Below, one piece after another: positions 55,763 to 64,000 of a DNA stretch of 64,000 bases (position 1 is the first letter of the stretch; every line of letters starts with the position of its first letter). This DNA comes from an uncultured Bacteroidales bacterium (GTDB lineage Bacteria; Bacteroidota; Bacteroidia; Bacteroidales; CAYTAU01). The position numbers and the translations under genes are program-made. The stretch spans positions 15,297-79,296 of the forward strand of contig CAYTAU010000004.1 in the NCBI GenBank assembly GCA_964435855.1. The letters run 5' to 3'. The notes beneath the pieces are model-generated. The model was not told the DNA's origin, did no database searches, and was given only the letters and a program-made list of their open reading frames with translations.

Positions 55763-58558
55763 ATGCCAAGCCACAAAGATAATAAAAAATATATTATTAT
55801 AAAAAATGCTAAAACCAATAATCTAAAAAACATAGATATTGAGATTCAACGTAATAAATTTATTGTCATTACCGGCTTATCCGGCTCTGGTAAATCATCA
55901 CTTGCTTTCGACACTTTATATGCTGAAGGTCAACGCCGTTATGTTGAAAGCCTTTCAGCTTATGCTCGTCAATTTCTTGGCAGAATAAATAAACCTGATG
56001 TTGAATACATCAAAGGAATTCCACCTGCAATTGCAATTGAACAAAAAGTTAATTCTAAAAATTCCCGTTCAACTGTTGGCACATCCACAGAGATATACGA
56101 TTATTTGAAACTTTTGTTCGCAAAAATTGGAAAAACTTATTCTCCTGTATCAAATTCTATAGTAAAAAAGCATAGTATATCTGATGTTGTTGATTATATT
56201 TTCTCACATAAGGAAGGCGAAAAGTTCATCGTTTTAATATCTGTAAGAATAGATAATTTTGAAAATAAGGACAGGCTTTTTGAAATTCTTTTAAAACAAG
56301 GTTTTTCAAAAATTGAGATTAATAATAAAATAATAAATATTGAAACGATAAATGATTCCGATATAAAACAAATTAAGGACGAATTGTATGTAGTGATTGA
56401 CAGGCTGACAGTTAATGACTGTAAGGACAACAAAGAGAGGATAGCAGATTCTTTGCAAATTGCATTTAACGAAGGAAAAGGAGAATGTTACGTAAAATTT
56501 ATTGACAAAGAAAAAAAAATGTTTTCAAACCGATTTGAAGCTGATGGAATTATTTTTGAAGAGCCCACACTTCATATGTTCAGTTTTAATAATCCATTGG
56601 GAGCATGCAAAAATTGTGAAGGTTTTGGAAATTCTATTGGTATTGACCCTGATATTGTTATACCAAATAAAAATCTTTCTGTTTATGAGGATGCTATTGT
56701 TTGTTGGAGAGGGGAAAAAATGAGTAAATGGAAACAAAAATTAATTTTGGCAGCCGATAATTTTGATTTTCCTATTCATAAACCAATTTGTGAATTAACC
56801 CAATTGCAGCAAGACTTACTTTGGACAGGTAATAAATATTTTAAAGGTATTAATGCCTTTTTTAAATATGTAAAGCAAAAAGCATATAAAATTCAATATC
56901 GTGTTATGCTTTCACGATATACAGGGAAAACAGTATGTCCCGAATGTAACGGAACAAGGTTGAAAAAAGAAGTTTCTTATGTAAAAGTCAATAATACATC
57001 TATTCAGGAATTAGTTGAATTACCTATTGATAGATTGATAGTTTTTTTTAAGGAAATTAAATTATCTAAAACGGATTTAATTATTGCAAAACAAATTTTA
57101 AATGAGATTAAAAATCGATTGGAATTTTTAAAAAATGTGGGACTTGAATATTTAACATTAAATCGTCTTTCTTCAACACTTTCAGGAGGAGAATCGCAGA
57201 GAATAAATCTTGCAACATCAATTGGAAGTAGTTTGGTTGGTTCATTGTATATTTTGGATGAACCAAGTATTGGACTACATCCACGAGATACAGGATTATT
57301 AATAAAAGTTTTAAAGGAATTAAAAAAAATAGGAAATACAGTTATTGTAGTTGAGCATGATGAAGAAATTATCAGAGCATCGGATGAAATAATTGATATT
57401 GGACCCGGAGCGGGTATCTTAGGTGGTGAAATTGTTTTTCAGGGTGAACTAAATAGTATGTTTGAAAAAAACAATTCTTTAACAGCACAATATTTAACAG
57501 GTGAAAAATATATCTCTGTCCCCAAAATCAGAAGAAGTTGGAAAAACTATATTGAAGTTATTGGAGCATTAGAAAACAATTTGAATAATATTAATGTTAA
57601 ATTTCCATTAAATGTAATAACGGCTGTAACAGGTGTTAGTGGTTCGGGGAAAACTTCACTTGTAAACAATATATTGTTTAGAGGCTTAAAAAAGATGATA
57701 GGTTCTTATACATTAAAAACAGGTAAACATAAAACCATTGATGGTAATATTCAACTAATAGCAGATATTGAGTTGATTGATCAAAACCCAATTGGCAGGT
57801 CATCTAAATCAAATCCTGTTACTTACATTAAAGCTTATGATGATATAAGAATGTTGTTTTCAACACAAGCAATTGCAAAATATAGTGGATATAAGCCTTC
57901 TCATTTTTCATTTAATGTTGATGGTGGCAGATGTGATGAATGTCATGGAGAAGGAGTAATAAAAATAGAAATGCAATTTATGGCAGATGTTTATTTAACT
58001 TGCGAAAGCTGTAAAGGAAAACGTTTTAAAGATGAAATTCTTGATGTTAAATACAATGATAAAAATATTTATGATATTCTTGATATGAGTATTAACCAAG
58101 CAATAGAATTTTTCTCAATAGATGATAACAATTATGCAAAACGTATTACGGAAAAATTGTGTTCATTATATGATGTTGGTTTAGGATATATCAAATTAGG
58201 ACAATCGTCAAGTACTTTAAGTGGGGGAGAGAGTCAGAGAGTGAAACTGGCATCTTTTTTAAGTAAGGAAAAAAAACAGCCAACATTATTTATTTTTGAT
58301 GAACCTACTACAGGATTGCATTTTCATGATATCAATAAATTACTTAATTCAATTAATGCATTAATAGAAAAAGGACATACGGCAATTATTATTGAGCATA
58401 ATCTGGAAGTTATTAAATCAGCTGACTGGATAATTGACCTTGGTCCTGATGGAGGCGAAAAAGGTGGAAATGTAATATTTGAGGGGACTCCTGAAAAAAT
58501 TGTTAAATGTAAAAAATCATATACAGGGAAGTTTTTATCTGATAAGATTAAAAGTTAA
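55763..58558 (+). CDS. uvrA: excinuclease ABC subunit A
   Basis: NNLKNIDIEIQRNKFIVITGLSGSGKSSLAFDTLYAEGQRRYVESLSAYARQFLG, zinc-finger Cys pairs, two ABC signature LSGGESQR motifs and a second Walker A GVSGSGKTSL. 931 aa. Confidence 0.97.
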   Translation: MPSHKDNKKYIIIKNAKTNNLKNIDIEIQRNKFIVITGLSGSGKSSLAFDTLYAEGQRRYVESLSAYARQFLGRINKPDVEYIKGIPPAIAIEQKVNSKNSRSTVGTSTEIYDYLKLLFAKIGKTYSPVSNSIVKKHSISDVVDYIFSHKEGEKFIVLISVRIDNFENKDRLFEILLKQGFSKIEINNKIINIETINDSDIKQIKDELYVVIDRLTVNDCKDNKERIADSLQIAFNEGKGECYVKFIDKEKKMFSNRFEADGIIFEEPTLHMFSFNNPLGACKNCEGFGNSIGIDPDIVIPNKNLSVYEDAIVCWRGEKMSKWKQKLILAADNFDFPIHKPICELTQLQQDLLWTGNKYFKGINAFFKYVKQKAYKIQYRVMLSRYTGKTVCPECNGTRLKKEVSYVKVNNTSIQELVELPIDRLIVFFKEIKLSKTDLIIAKQILNEIKNRLEFLKNVGLEYLTLNRLSSTLSGGESQRINLATSIGSSLVGSLYILDEPSIGLHPRDTGLLIKVLKELKKIGNTVIVVEHDEEIIRASDEIIDIGPGAGILGGEIVFQGELNSMFEKNNSLTAQYLTGEKYISVPKIRRSWKNYIEVIGALENNLNNINVKFPLNVITAVTGVSGSGKTSLVNNILFRGLKKMIGSYTLKTGKHKTIDGNIQLIADIELIDQNPIGRSSKSNPVTYIKAYDDIRMLFSTQAIAKYSGYKPSHFSFNVDGGRCDECHGEGVIKIEMQFMADVYLTCESCKGKRFKDEILDVKYNDKNIYDILDMSINQAIEFFSIDDNNYAKRITEKLCSLYDVGLGYIKLGQSSSTLSGGESQRVKLASFLSKEKKQPTLFIFDEPTTGLHFHDINKLLNSINALIEKGHTAIIIEHNLEVIKSADWIIDLGPDGGEKGGNVIFEGTPEKIVKCKKSYTGKFLSDKIKS

Positions 58559-58591
58559 AAACTCATCTGCTTTTTTATTACAGCTGTGTTT

Positions 58592-59644
58592 CTATTTTTC
58601 TTTAATAAGGTATATTAACACAGGAAAATGGTCGCTATAACCACCTTTGTAAACTCCAAATGAATATGTTCTAAACGGATAGTTGGCATATTTTCCGTTT
58701 TTTTGAATTAGATATTTATTGTTAAAAATACTTGCTTTATGAAATTTCAATGTGCTTTTATCTTCACCAAGTAAATTTGGGGTAAGAATAATTTGATCAA
58801 TTACACTCCATACATCTCTGTAGGCTGATGTCCCAATGCCTTTTTTTTCGAATGTTTCCATTGGATTAAAAAGCGTACCTTCTGCCAAGTCTTGTTCATT
58901 ACCAACTGTATTTAAGTGTTTTTTCACACTAACACTAAATGGATTATCGTTAAGGTCACCCATTAATATTGTTTTTGTATTTGGGTTTATGCCCGATAAG
59001 GAATCAATAATATGTTTACCGAGGTCTGCTGCAGCAATTCTTTTAGGCATAGTTCTTTTTTCTCCTCCTCGTTTTGAAGGCCAGTGATTAACAATGAAGT
59101 TTATTTCCTCGCCATATAAAATACCGCTTACTAAAAGTTGGTCGCGGGTTTTAAAATCAGGGTCATCCATTACAAGTTCTACAGACCTTGAGCTTTTAAC
59201 AGTAAAATATTTTTCCTGATATAATAATCCTACATCAATACCACGTTTGTCGGGCGAATCGTAATGAACAATTTTATAATTTCTATCTTTTATAGCAGGA
59301 TCTTTAACCAGATCTTCCAAAACGGATATGTTCTCAATCTCAGAAACACCAAGTACAGTAACTCCATCTGGTGTAACATCTGTGCCAATTTCTGAAATTA
59401 CTTTTGCCATATTCCCAATTTTTTCCCAGTAATGTTCACCTGTCCAGGCATTTTTTCCTTTGGGAGTAAACTCTTCCTGTAATATTTTAGAAGTATCGGG
59501 GTCTATTATAGTATCAAAAAGGTTTTCTAAATTATAGAAGGCTACACAAACTATTTTATATTCACTTTTATCCTGAGAAGATAAATAGCTGTTAGCTGAT
59601 AATAAAACTATAACAAACAGTAAAACTATTTTAAACTTAAGCAT
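58592..59644 (-). CDS. secreted endonuclease/exonuclease/phosphatase (EEP) family protein
   Basis: Signal peptide MLKFKIVLLFVIVLLSANS. VAFYNLENLFD, VSEIEN, NHWPSKRGG, GDLND and a terminal SDHFPV are EEP catalytic motifs. Confidence 0.8.
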   Translation of the reverse strand: MLKFKIVLLFVIVLLSANSYLSSQDKSEYKIVCVAFYNLENLFDTIIDPDTSKILQEEFTPKGKNAWTGEHYWEKIGNMAKVISEIGTDVTPDGVTVLGVSEIENISVLEDLVKDPAIKDRNYKIVHYDSPDKRGIDVGLLYQEKYFTVKSSRSVELVMDDPDFKTRDQLLVSGILYGEEINFIVNHWPSKRGGEKRTMPKRIAAADLGKHIIDSLSGINPNTKTILMGDLNDNPFSVSVKKHLNTVGNEQDLAEGTLFNPMETFEKKGIGTSAYRDVWSVIDQIILTPNLLGEDKSTLKFHKASIFNNKYLIQKNGKYANYPFRTYSFGVYKGGYSDHFPVLIYLIKEK

Positions 59645-59730
59645 AGTGTCTTTTTTTTAATTATTTGCAAAATTAAGCATTGAAAATGATATGAAGTATG
59701 ATTTATTGAAATATTTTGTAAAGAAAAAAA

Positions 59731-60963
59731 TTATTGAATAATTATTTTACCTATTCCAATTATATTATCATGATTTAATATTTTGTAGAAATAAATACCT
59801 TGTGAAAGATTTTTCTTTTTTATCTCGAATTTATTAGTGTTTATATGTGTAATTCTTTTAACAACAGTACCAAGCATATTATACATTATAAATTCAAAGT
59901 TGTTAATTTTATTGTTTGTATAAATCTCAATTATAGCTGAGTAACTAAAAGGGTTTGGATAAACATTTAAAGAAGTATTATTTGAGTAAAATCTTTTTTG
60001 TGTTGTTGGTATTGAAATAGGATTGCTTACCAAAACAGATGAAGAATCAACGCTTATTATTCTATAACATCCATGAAGAGCAGCACCGGTTTGAATATAT
60101 CTTGTACTATCTGTCCAGTTTTCATTTACTATATTTCCATATCTGTTTACTACAACATTTTGATGAGCATGGCCAGTCAAAATAATATCAACAGTATTGG
60201 AATCACAAATATCTAAAAAAGTTATTCTGTTATATTTTATTGAACCGTCTGCATTATCAAGAATAGTACCCGAAAATGGGGAACCATCACACCATACACC
60301 AACTTCATTAACGGCGGGATGATGCATTGTAATAACTTTTTTCTTTGTACTGTTACTATCCAAAATTGCTCTTAACCAATTACATTGGTTATCGGTAAAA
60401 CCTGAACCTTCAGGTGACATATAATTTGTATCATCCCACAAAGGTCTGAGGTCATCATAACCTGAGTTCATGCAAATAATTACTGCATTTTGACAAGTTA
60501 CTGAATAATCGGAAACTGAACAAATAAGATTTTTATAGACAGTAAGGTCTTCATTACTTAATGGAGGAACATTTCCTGTTCGAAAATCATGATTTCCGGG
60601 AGTAAAATATATTGGAATTGTTTGTAAAGAATCAATAAAAAATACTCCTATTCCGGGATTTACAAGACTATCGGGATATAGATGTTGAGTAAATGCATAA
60701 TACATTCCATCATTGTCTGAATCTCCAACATGCGAAATATCTCCTGTTGCAACAATAAAAACAGGTTTAGGATTAAGATTATTAAGTTCATCTCTAAGTT
60801 GAACAAACATTTCTCCATCTAAATCATAACTGCCGGCGCAGTAACTGTCGGCAACATGCAAATCGGTAATATGAACAAATGTAAATTGTGCAATAAGATT
60901 ATTTTGTGCTATCAAAAAAAATAAAATAATTAAGAATGGTATTCCTGTAAATTTCCGTTTCAT
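59731..60963 (-). CDS. calcineurin-like metallophosphoesterase with T9SS C-terminal sorting domain
   Basis: FVHITDLHVAD, ATGDISHVGD, TPGNHDF, MHHP and TGHAHQN. C-terminal tail VYPNPFSYSAIIEIY...GIYFYKILNHDNIIGIGKIIIQ. Confidence 0.85.
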   Translation of the reverse strand: MKRKFTGIPFLIILFFLIAQNNLIAQFTFVHITDLHVADSYCAGSYDLDGEMFVQLRDELNNLNPKPVFIVATGDISHVGDSDNDGMYYAFTQHLYPDSLVNPGIGVFFIDSLQTIPIYFTPGNHDFRTGNVPPLSNEDLTVYKNLICSVSDYSVTCQNAVIICMNSGYDDLRPLWDDTNYMSPEGSGFTDNQCNWLRAILDSNSTKKKVITMHHPAVNEVGVWCDGSPFSGTILDNADGSIKYNRITFLDICDSNTVDIILTGHAHQNVVVNRYGNIVNENWTDSTRYIQTGAALHGCYRIISVDSSSVLVSNPISIPTTQKRFYSNNTSLNVYPNPFSYSAIIEIYTNNKINNFEFIMYNMLGTVVKRITHINTNKFEIKKKNLSQGIYFYKILNHDNIIGIGKIIIQ

Positions 60964-61033
60964 TAAATAAATTTTTTTAAATAATAAAAAAATACATATA
61001 AATTATTGTGAAACAATTATATTGAAAAAATGT

Positions 61034-61288
61034 TTAATGTTTAAAATGGATAAAGACTCTCCCAAAATTCTTACTGTCTTTTTCAAGTCTATGATAAAGA
61101 TTTTTAATTTTCTTTTTTTGCAGAAACCTTATAACCTTCTTTTTTAATTGTCCGCTTCCTTTACCGGGGATAATCTCAATTAGAGATATTTTCTTATCAA
61201 TAGCCTCATTAATAATATCGTTCAGGGCATTATCAATTAATGTACCCTTATTGTATATTTCGTGAAGGTCTAATTTTAGTTTTGCCAT
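61034..61288 (-). CDS. stand-alone Smr-domain protein
   Basis: 84 aa. KLDLHE... and IEIIPGKGSGQLKKKVIRFL match the Smr LDLHG / hGkG.G.L pattern. Confidence 0.7.
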   Translation of the reverse strand: MAKLKLDLHEIYNKGTLIDNALNDIINEAIDKKISLIEIIPGKGSGQLKKKVIRFLQKKKIKNLYHRLEKDSKNFGRVFIHFKH

Positions 61289-61289
61289 A

Positions 61290-62174
61290 TCATAATCCCC
61301 TCATCCATTCTTTTCTTAAAGAACGCGGGTTTTCAATTGCATAATCAATTTGTTTCAGAAATTTATCTTTATCACGTGACAAACCTCCTTTTAAAATGAG
61401 GTAGTTTGAAGCATGATCGCTTCTAAAAACAGTGCTATCCAATTCTGTGTGTTCAATAAATGTTTTTAATTCTTTCAATAATCCTTCTTTGTTTAGTTCA
61501 ATAAACTCATCGGGAAACCTTTTTTTGTAATGTTTAACTCCAAAAGGAAAACTCAATACAAGACATGAAGCAAATTCGGGTTGTATTTTATTTAATATTT
61601 CAGCAGAATTAATTGCATGTTGATTACTGTACTTCTTACCTCCCAATCCTGTTAATATCATTACTGAGCTTCTTATTCCTGCTTGTTTTGCTTTTAAAAT
61701 TCCATCGATAGTTGAATTAAATGTTTCTCCCTTATTAATTATTTTCAATAATTCATCATCGCCTGTTTCAACACCAACATATATTAGTTTTAATCCTGCT
61801 TCCTTAATTTCTTTTAATTCCTCTACACTTTTATTGTTAATGTTTTTTGGTAAAGCATAAGCTGATATTCTTTGGATTTTTGGAAATGCTTCGTTTAATT
61901 TCTTTAGTATTCTCAACAACTTATTCGATGATAAAACCATAGAATCGCCATCTGCAAGAAAAATTCTTCTGATATTATTATTTTCTAATGCTACTGTATC
62001 TATTTCATTAAAAACCTCTTCTTCGCTACGTATTTTGAATTTTTTTGTTGAATACATTTCGCAAAAGGCACACTTATTCCATGAGCAACCCAAAGTTACT
62101 TGCAATATTAAGGAATTGCCTTCGCTTGGCGGACGAAAAACCGGTTCGTCATAATCTATTGGTAAACTATACAT
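61290..62174 (-). CDS. radical SAM protein, subfamily not recognised
   Basis: LILQVTLGCSWNKCAFCEMY (Cys spacing C-x4-C-x2-C), FLADGDS, YVGVETGDDELL and a TIM-barrel-like periodicity. 294 aa. Confidence 0.85.
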   Translation of the reverse strand: MYSLPIDYDEPVFRPPSEGNSLILQVTLGCSWNKCAFCEMYSTKKFKIRSEEEVFNEIDTVALENNNIRRIFLADGDSMVLSSNKLLRILKKLNEAFPKIQRISAYALPKNINNKSVEELKEIKEAGLKLIYVGVETGDDELLKIINKGETFNSTIDGILKAKQAGIRSSVMILTGLGGKKYSNQHAINSAEILNKIQPEFASCLVLSFPFGVKHYKKRFPDEFIELNKEGLLKELKTFIEHTELDSTVFRSDHASNYLILKGGLSRDKDKFLKQIDYAIENPRSLRKEWMRGL

Positions 62175-62177
62175 AAT

Positions 62178-63506
62178 CTAACCATGATGCTCCATGAATT
62201 TTTTCAATCTGTACTCCAGGTCAGCAAATCTTTCTTTATCTGTTAGCGAAACACAGGCACGCATACCTTCGTGGTGTTCGCTTCCTGTTATTGATAATGA
62301 AATAGCACTTATTCCATAATAAATTAGTTCTTCCAGTAACTCTACTCCTGTCATTCCGGGGTATGAAAAAGTAAAATAAAATCCATCAGCCAAAGGTTTA
62401 TCCTCATCTTTATCGTAAACTATTTTAAAACCATTATCGGTAAATAGTTTTTTCATCACTTTTGCTCTTTCACCGTAAATTCTTACATCTTCAACAAAAT
62501 TAAATTCTCCATCATTAGCAGCTTTTAAAATTGCTGCCAGTGCGTATTGTGCAGAATGGCTACATCCCGCAGACAAAGAATATAAAGCTCCAAAAACCAT
62601 TGCATAACCAAATTCATCAGATTTAAAATAACGTTTCAAATCTGGATATTGACGTTTGAACAATTTATTGGAAATCACCATCATTCCTACCCTTTGACCT
62701 GCATAGCTAAATGCTTTTGAGCTTGATATCAGCAATAAATAATTATCTGTGTAATTTGCTACAGTAGGTTGATACGGTTCCTGTCCAGGTTTTGAAAGAT
62801 CTTTTCTAAAATCCATAGCAAAATAAGCCAAGTCCTCAACAACAATAACATCATATTTATCAGCCATTTCGGCAATTATCTTAAGCTCTGTTTCGGTAAA
62901 ACATATCCACGAAGGATTATTTGGGTTAGAATAAAGCATTATTGATATATTGCCTTTGCTTAAATGAGTTTCCAGTTTGTCTCGTAATTTTTCTCCACGA
63001 TAATCATATACATCAAAAGTATCATGCTTCATTCCCATTACATCAACCTGTTGCTTTTGAACAGGAAATCCCGGGTCAATAAAAAGTACGGTATCTTTTT
63101 TAACATCTCTTCTGCCTGCAACCATAAATGCAGCATAACCACCTTGCATTGAGCCTGCTGATGACAGGCAATGTGCAGGAGCAACATCAATATTCATAAA
63201 TGACTTTACAAAACGTGATATTTCCACTTTCAATTCAGCTACACCTTCTATCATAGGATATTCTGCCGCAACACCTTTTCTTAAAGCAGCAATTTCGGCT
63301 TCAGTGCCAATGTCAGAAGGTAATATTCCCGGTACTCCCATTTCCATTCTAATAAATTTTTCGCCACAAGCATTTTCTATTTCATTTACTAACTTTACTA
63401 TTTCTCTTATTGATGCTTTGCCTACCTGTTGCAAACCACTATCGATAATCTTTTGCTTAACTAATTCATAGTTAATAGGTGTATCATTTCTATATTGTAC
63501 ATCCAT
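62178..63506 (-). CDS. PLP-dependent aminotransferase, class I/II fold
   Basis: YSNPNNPSW, VVEDLAYF and SSSKAFSYAGQRVG (PLP lysine). 442 aa. Confidence 0.85.
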   Translation of the reverse strand: MDVQYRNDTPINYELVKQKIIDSGLQQVGKASIREIVKLVNEIENACGEKFIRMEMGVPGILPSDIGTEAEIAALRKGVAAEYPMIEGVAELKVEISRFVKSFMNIDVAPAHCLSSAGSMQGGYAAFMVAGRRDVKKDTVLFIDPGFPVQKQQVDVMGMKHDTFDVYDYRGEKLRDKLETHLSKGNISIMLYSNPNNPSWICFTETELKIIAEMADKYDVIVVEDLAYFAMDFRKDLSKPGQEPYQPTVANYTDNYLLLISSSKAFSYAGQRVGMMVISNKLFKRQYPDLKRYFKSDEFGYAMVFGALYSLSAGCSHSAQYALAAILKAANDGEFNFVEDVRIYGERAKVMKKLFTDNGFKIVYDKDEDKPLADGFYFTFSYPGMTGVELLEELIYYGISAISLSITGSEHHEGMRACVSLTDKERFADLEYRLKKFMEHHG

Positions 63507-63736
63507 ATCAAATAAAATTTATTTATGAATTACAATATTAATCAATATTAAAGTCATATAAAAAAAGCTTTGTATTTTTAATAACATTAAATTAAATTAA
63601 ATACAAATACTACTATTTGATATTCTGATAATTAACTATGTGTTAAATAATAAAATGTTAATTTTAGAAAACAAAGTTTTCAATATGTTTATAAAAGAAT
63701 TACTTTTGCGAATTATTAAAATAAATATCACAAGAT

Positions 63737-64000
63737 ATGGCAAAGAAAAAACCGGTGTCGGGTGTTGAGACAATAGAACAAACTTTAAGTAAGACCGAAC
63801 AGTATATTGAGAACAACCAAAAAATGTTAACAATAATTATTGTTGGTATTTTAATTATTATTGGAGGATATTTAGCATATATGAAACTATATCTTAAACC
63901 ATTAGATACTGAAGCAATTTCGCAAATGTTTGCCGCAGAGCAATATTTTGAAAAAGATTCTTTTCAGTTGGCAATTGATGGTGATGGTAATATGCCGGGG
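63737..64000 (+). CDS. membrane-anchored hypothetical protein, N-terminal part (runs off the window end)
   Basis: Not in the ORF track. From ATG 63737 it reads MAKKKPVSGVETIEQTLSKTEQYIENNQKMLTIIIVGILIIIGGYLAYMKLYLKPLDTEAISQMFAAEQYFEKDSFQLAIDGDGNMPG with no stop to the window end. It has one TM helix, and a TACTTTTG -7 box sits at 63701-63708. It replaces the implausible minus-strand ORF 63636-63833. Confidence 0.6.
   Translation, partial: MAKKKPVSGVETIEQTLSKTEQYIENNQKMLTIIIVGILIIIGGYLAYMKLYLKPLDTEAISQMFAAEQYFEKDSFQLAIDGDGNMPG

Noticed and set aside
63636-63833. 65-aa minus-strand ORF from the track
   Set aside because: It overlaps a much more convincing plus-strand gene start (ATG 63737 with a TACTTTTG box at 63701 and a charged N-terminus followed by a TM helix) that continues to the window end.

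Overview
Visibly AT-rich chromosomal segment that looks Bacteroidota-like. The grounds are six proteins ending in T9SS C-terminal sorting domains, TAnnTTTG-type -7 promoter boxes, A-rich start contexts and almost no Shine-Dalgarno sequences. I support about 50 protein genes, two of them partial at the window edges and absent from the ORF track, plus one tRNA-Pro(GGG). Most of the window is housekeeping: coaX, serS, rplU-rpmA, engB, prs, fhs-folD, uvrB, rimP-nusA-infB, holA, ispG, a sigma54-activator/lptE-like/secG operon, miaB and uvrA. Interspersed are secreted T9SS cargo proteins: a choice-of-anchor-like protein, an M1 aminopeptidase, a PKD/SprB-repeat type-B adhesin, an LRR protein, an S8 protease with a six-Asp-box propeller, and a metallophosphoesterase. 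There are also orphan signalling proteins: REC plus about 8 PAS modules, a membrane-anchored REC, a TPR-SpoIIE phosphatase, a LytTR regulator, a Crp/Fnr regulator and an ECF sigma. I found no CRISPR array, integrase, transposase, phage gene or recognisable defence system, and I cannot point to a convincing new multi-gene system. The best leads are: (1) a translationally coupled aminotransferase / radical-SAM (CX4CX2C) / Smr operon at 61034-63506; (2) an unrecognised 414-aa protein paired with a cupin at 52910-54508; (3) an identical 17-mer with ECF-like -35/-10 geometry upstream of two T9SS-cargo loci, with a weaker third copy; (4) a perfect Shine-Dalgarno, plus a second AGGAGG, in the leader of the ECF sigma gene, in a genome that otherwise lacks them; (5) several families of dyad-symmetric intergenic repeats, some doubling as terminators, and one perfect 33-nt palindrome inside a coding region. 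All functional calls come from reading the translations by eye; no database search was run.
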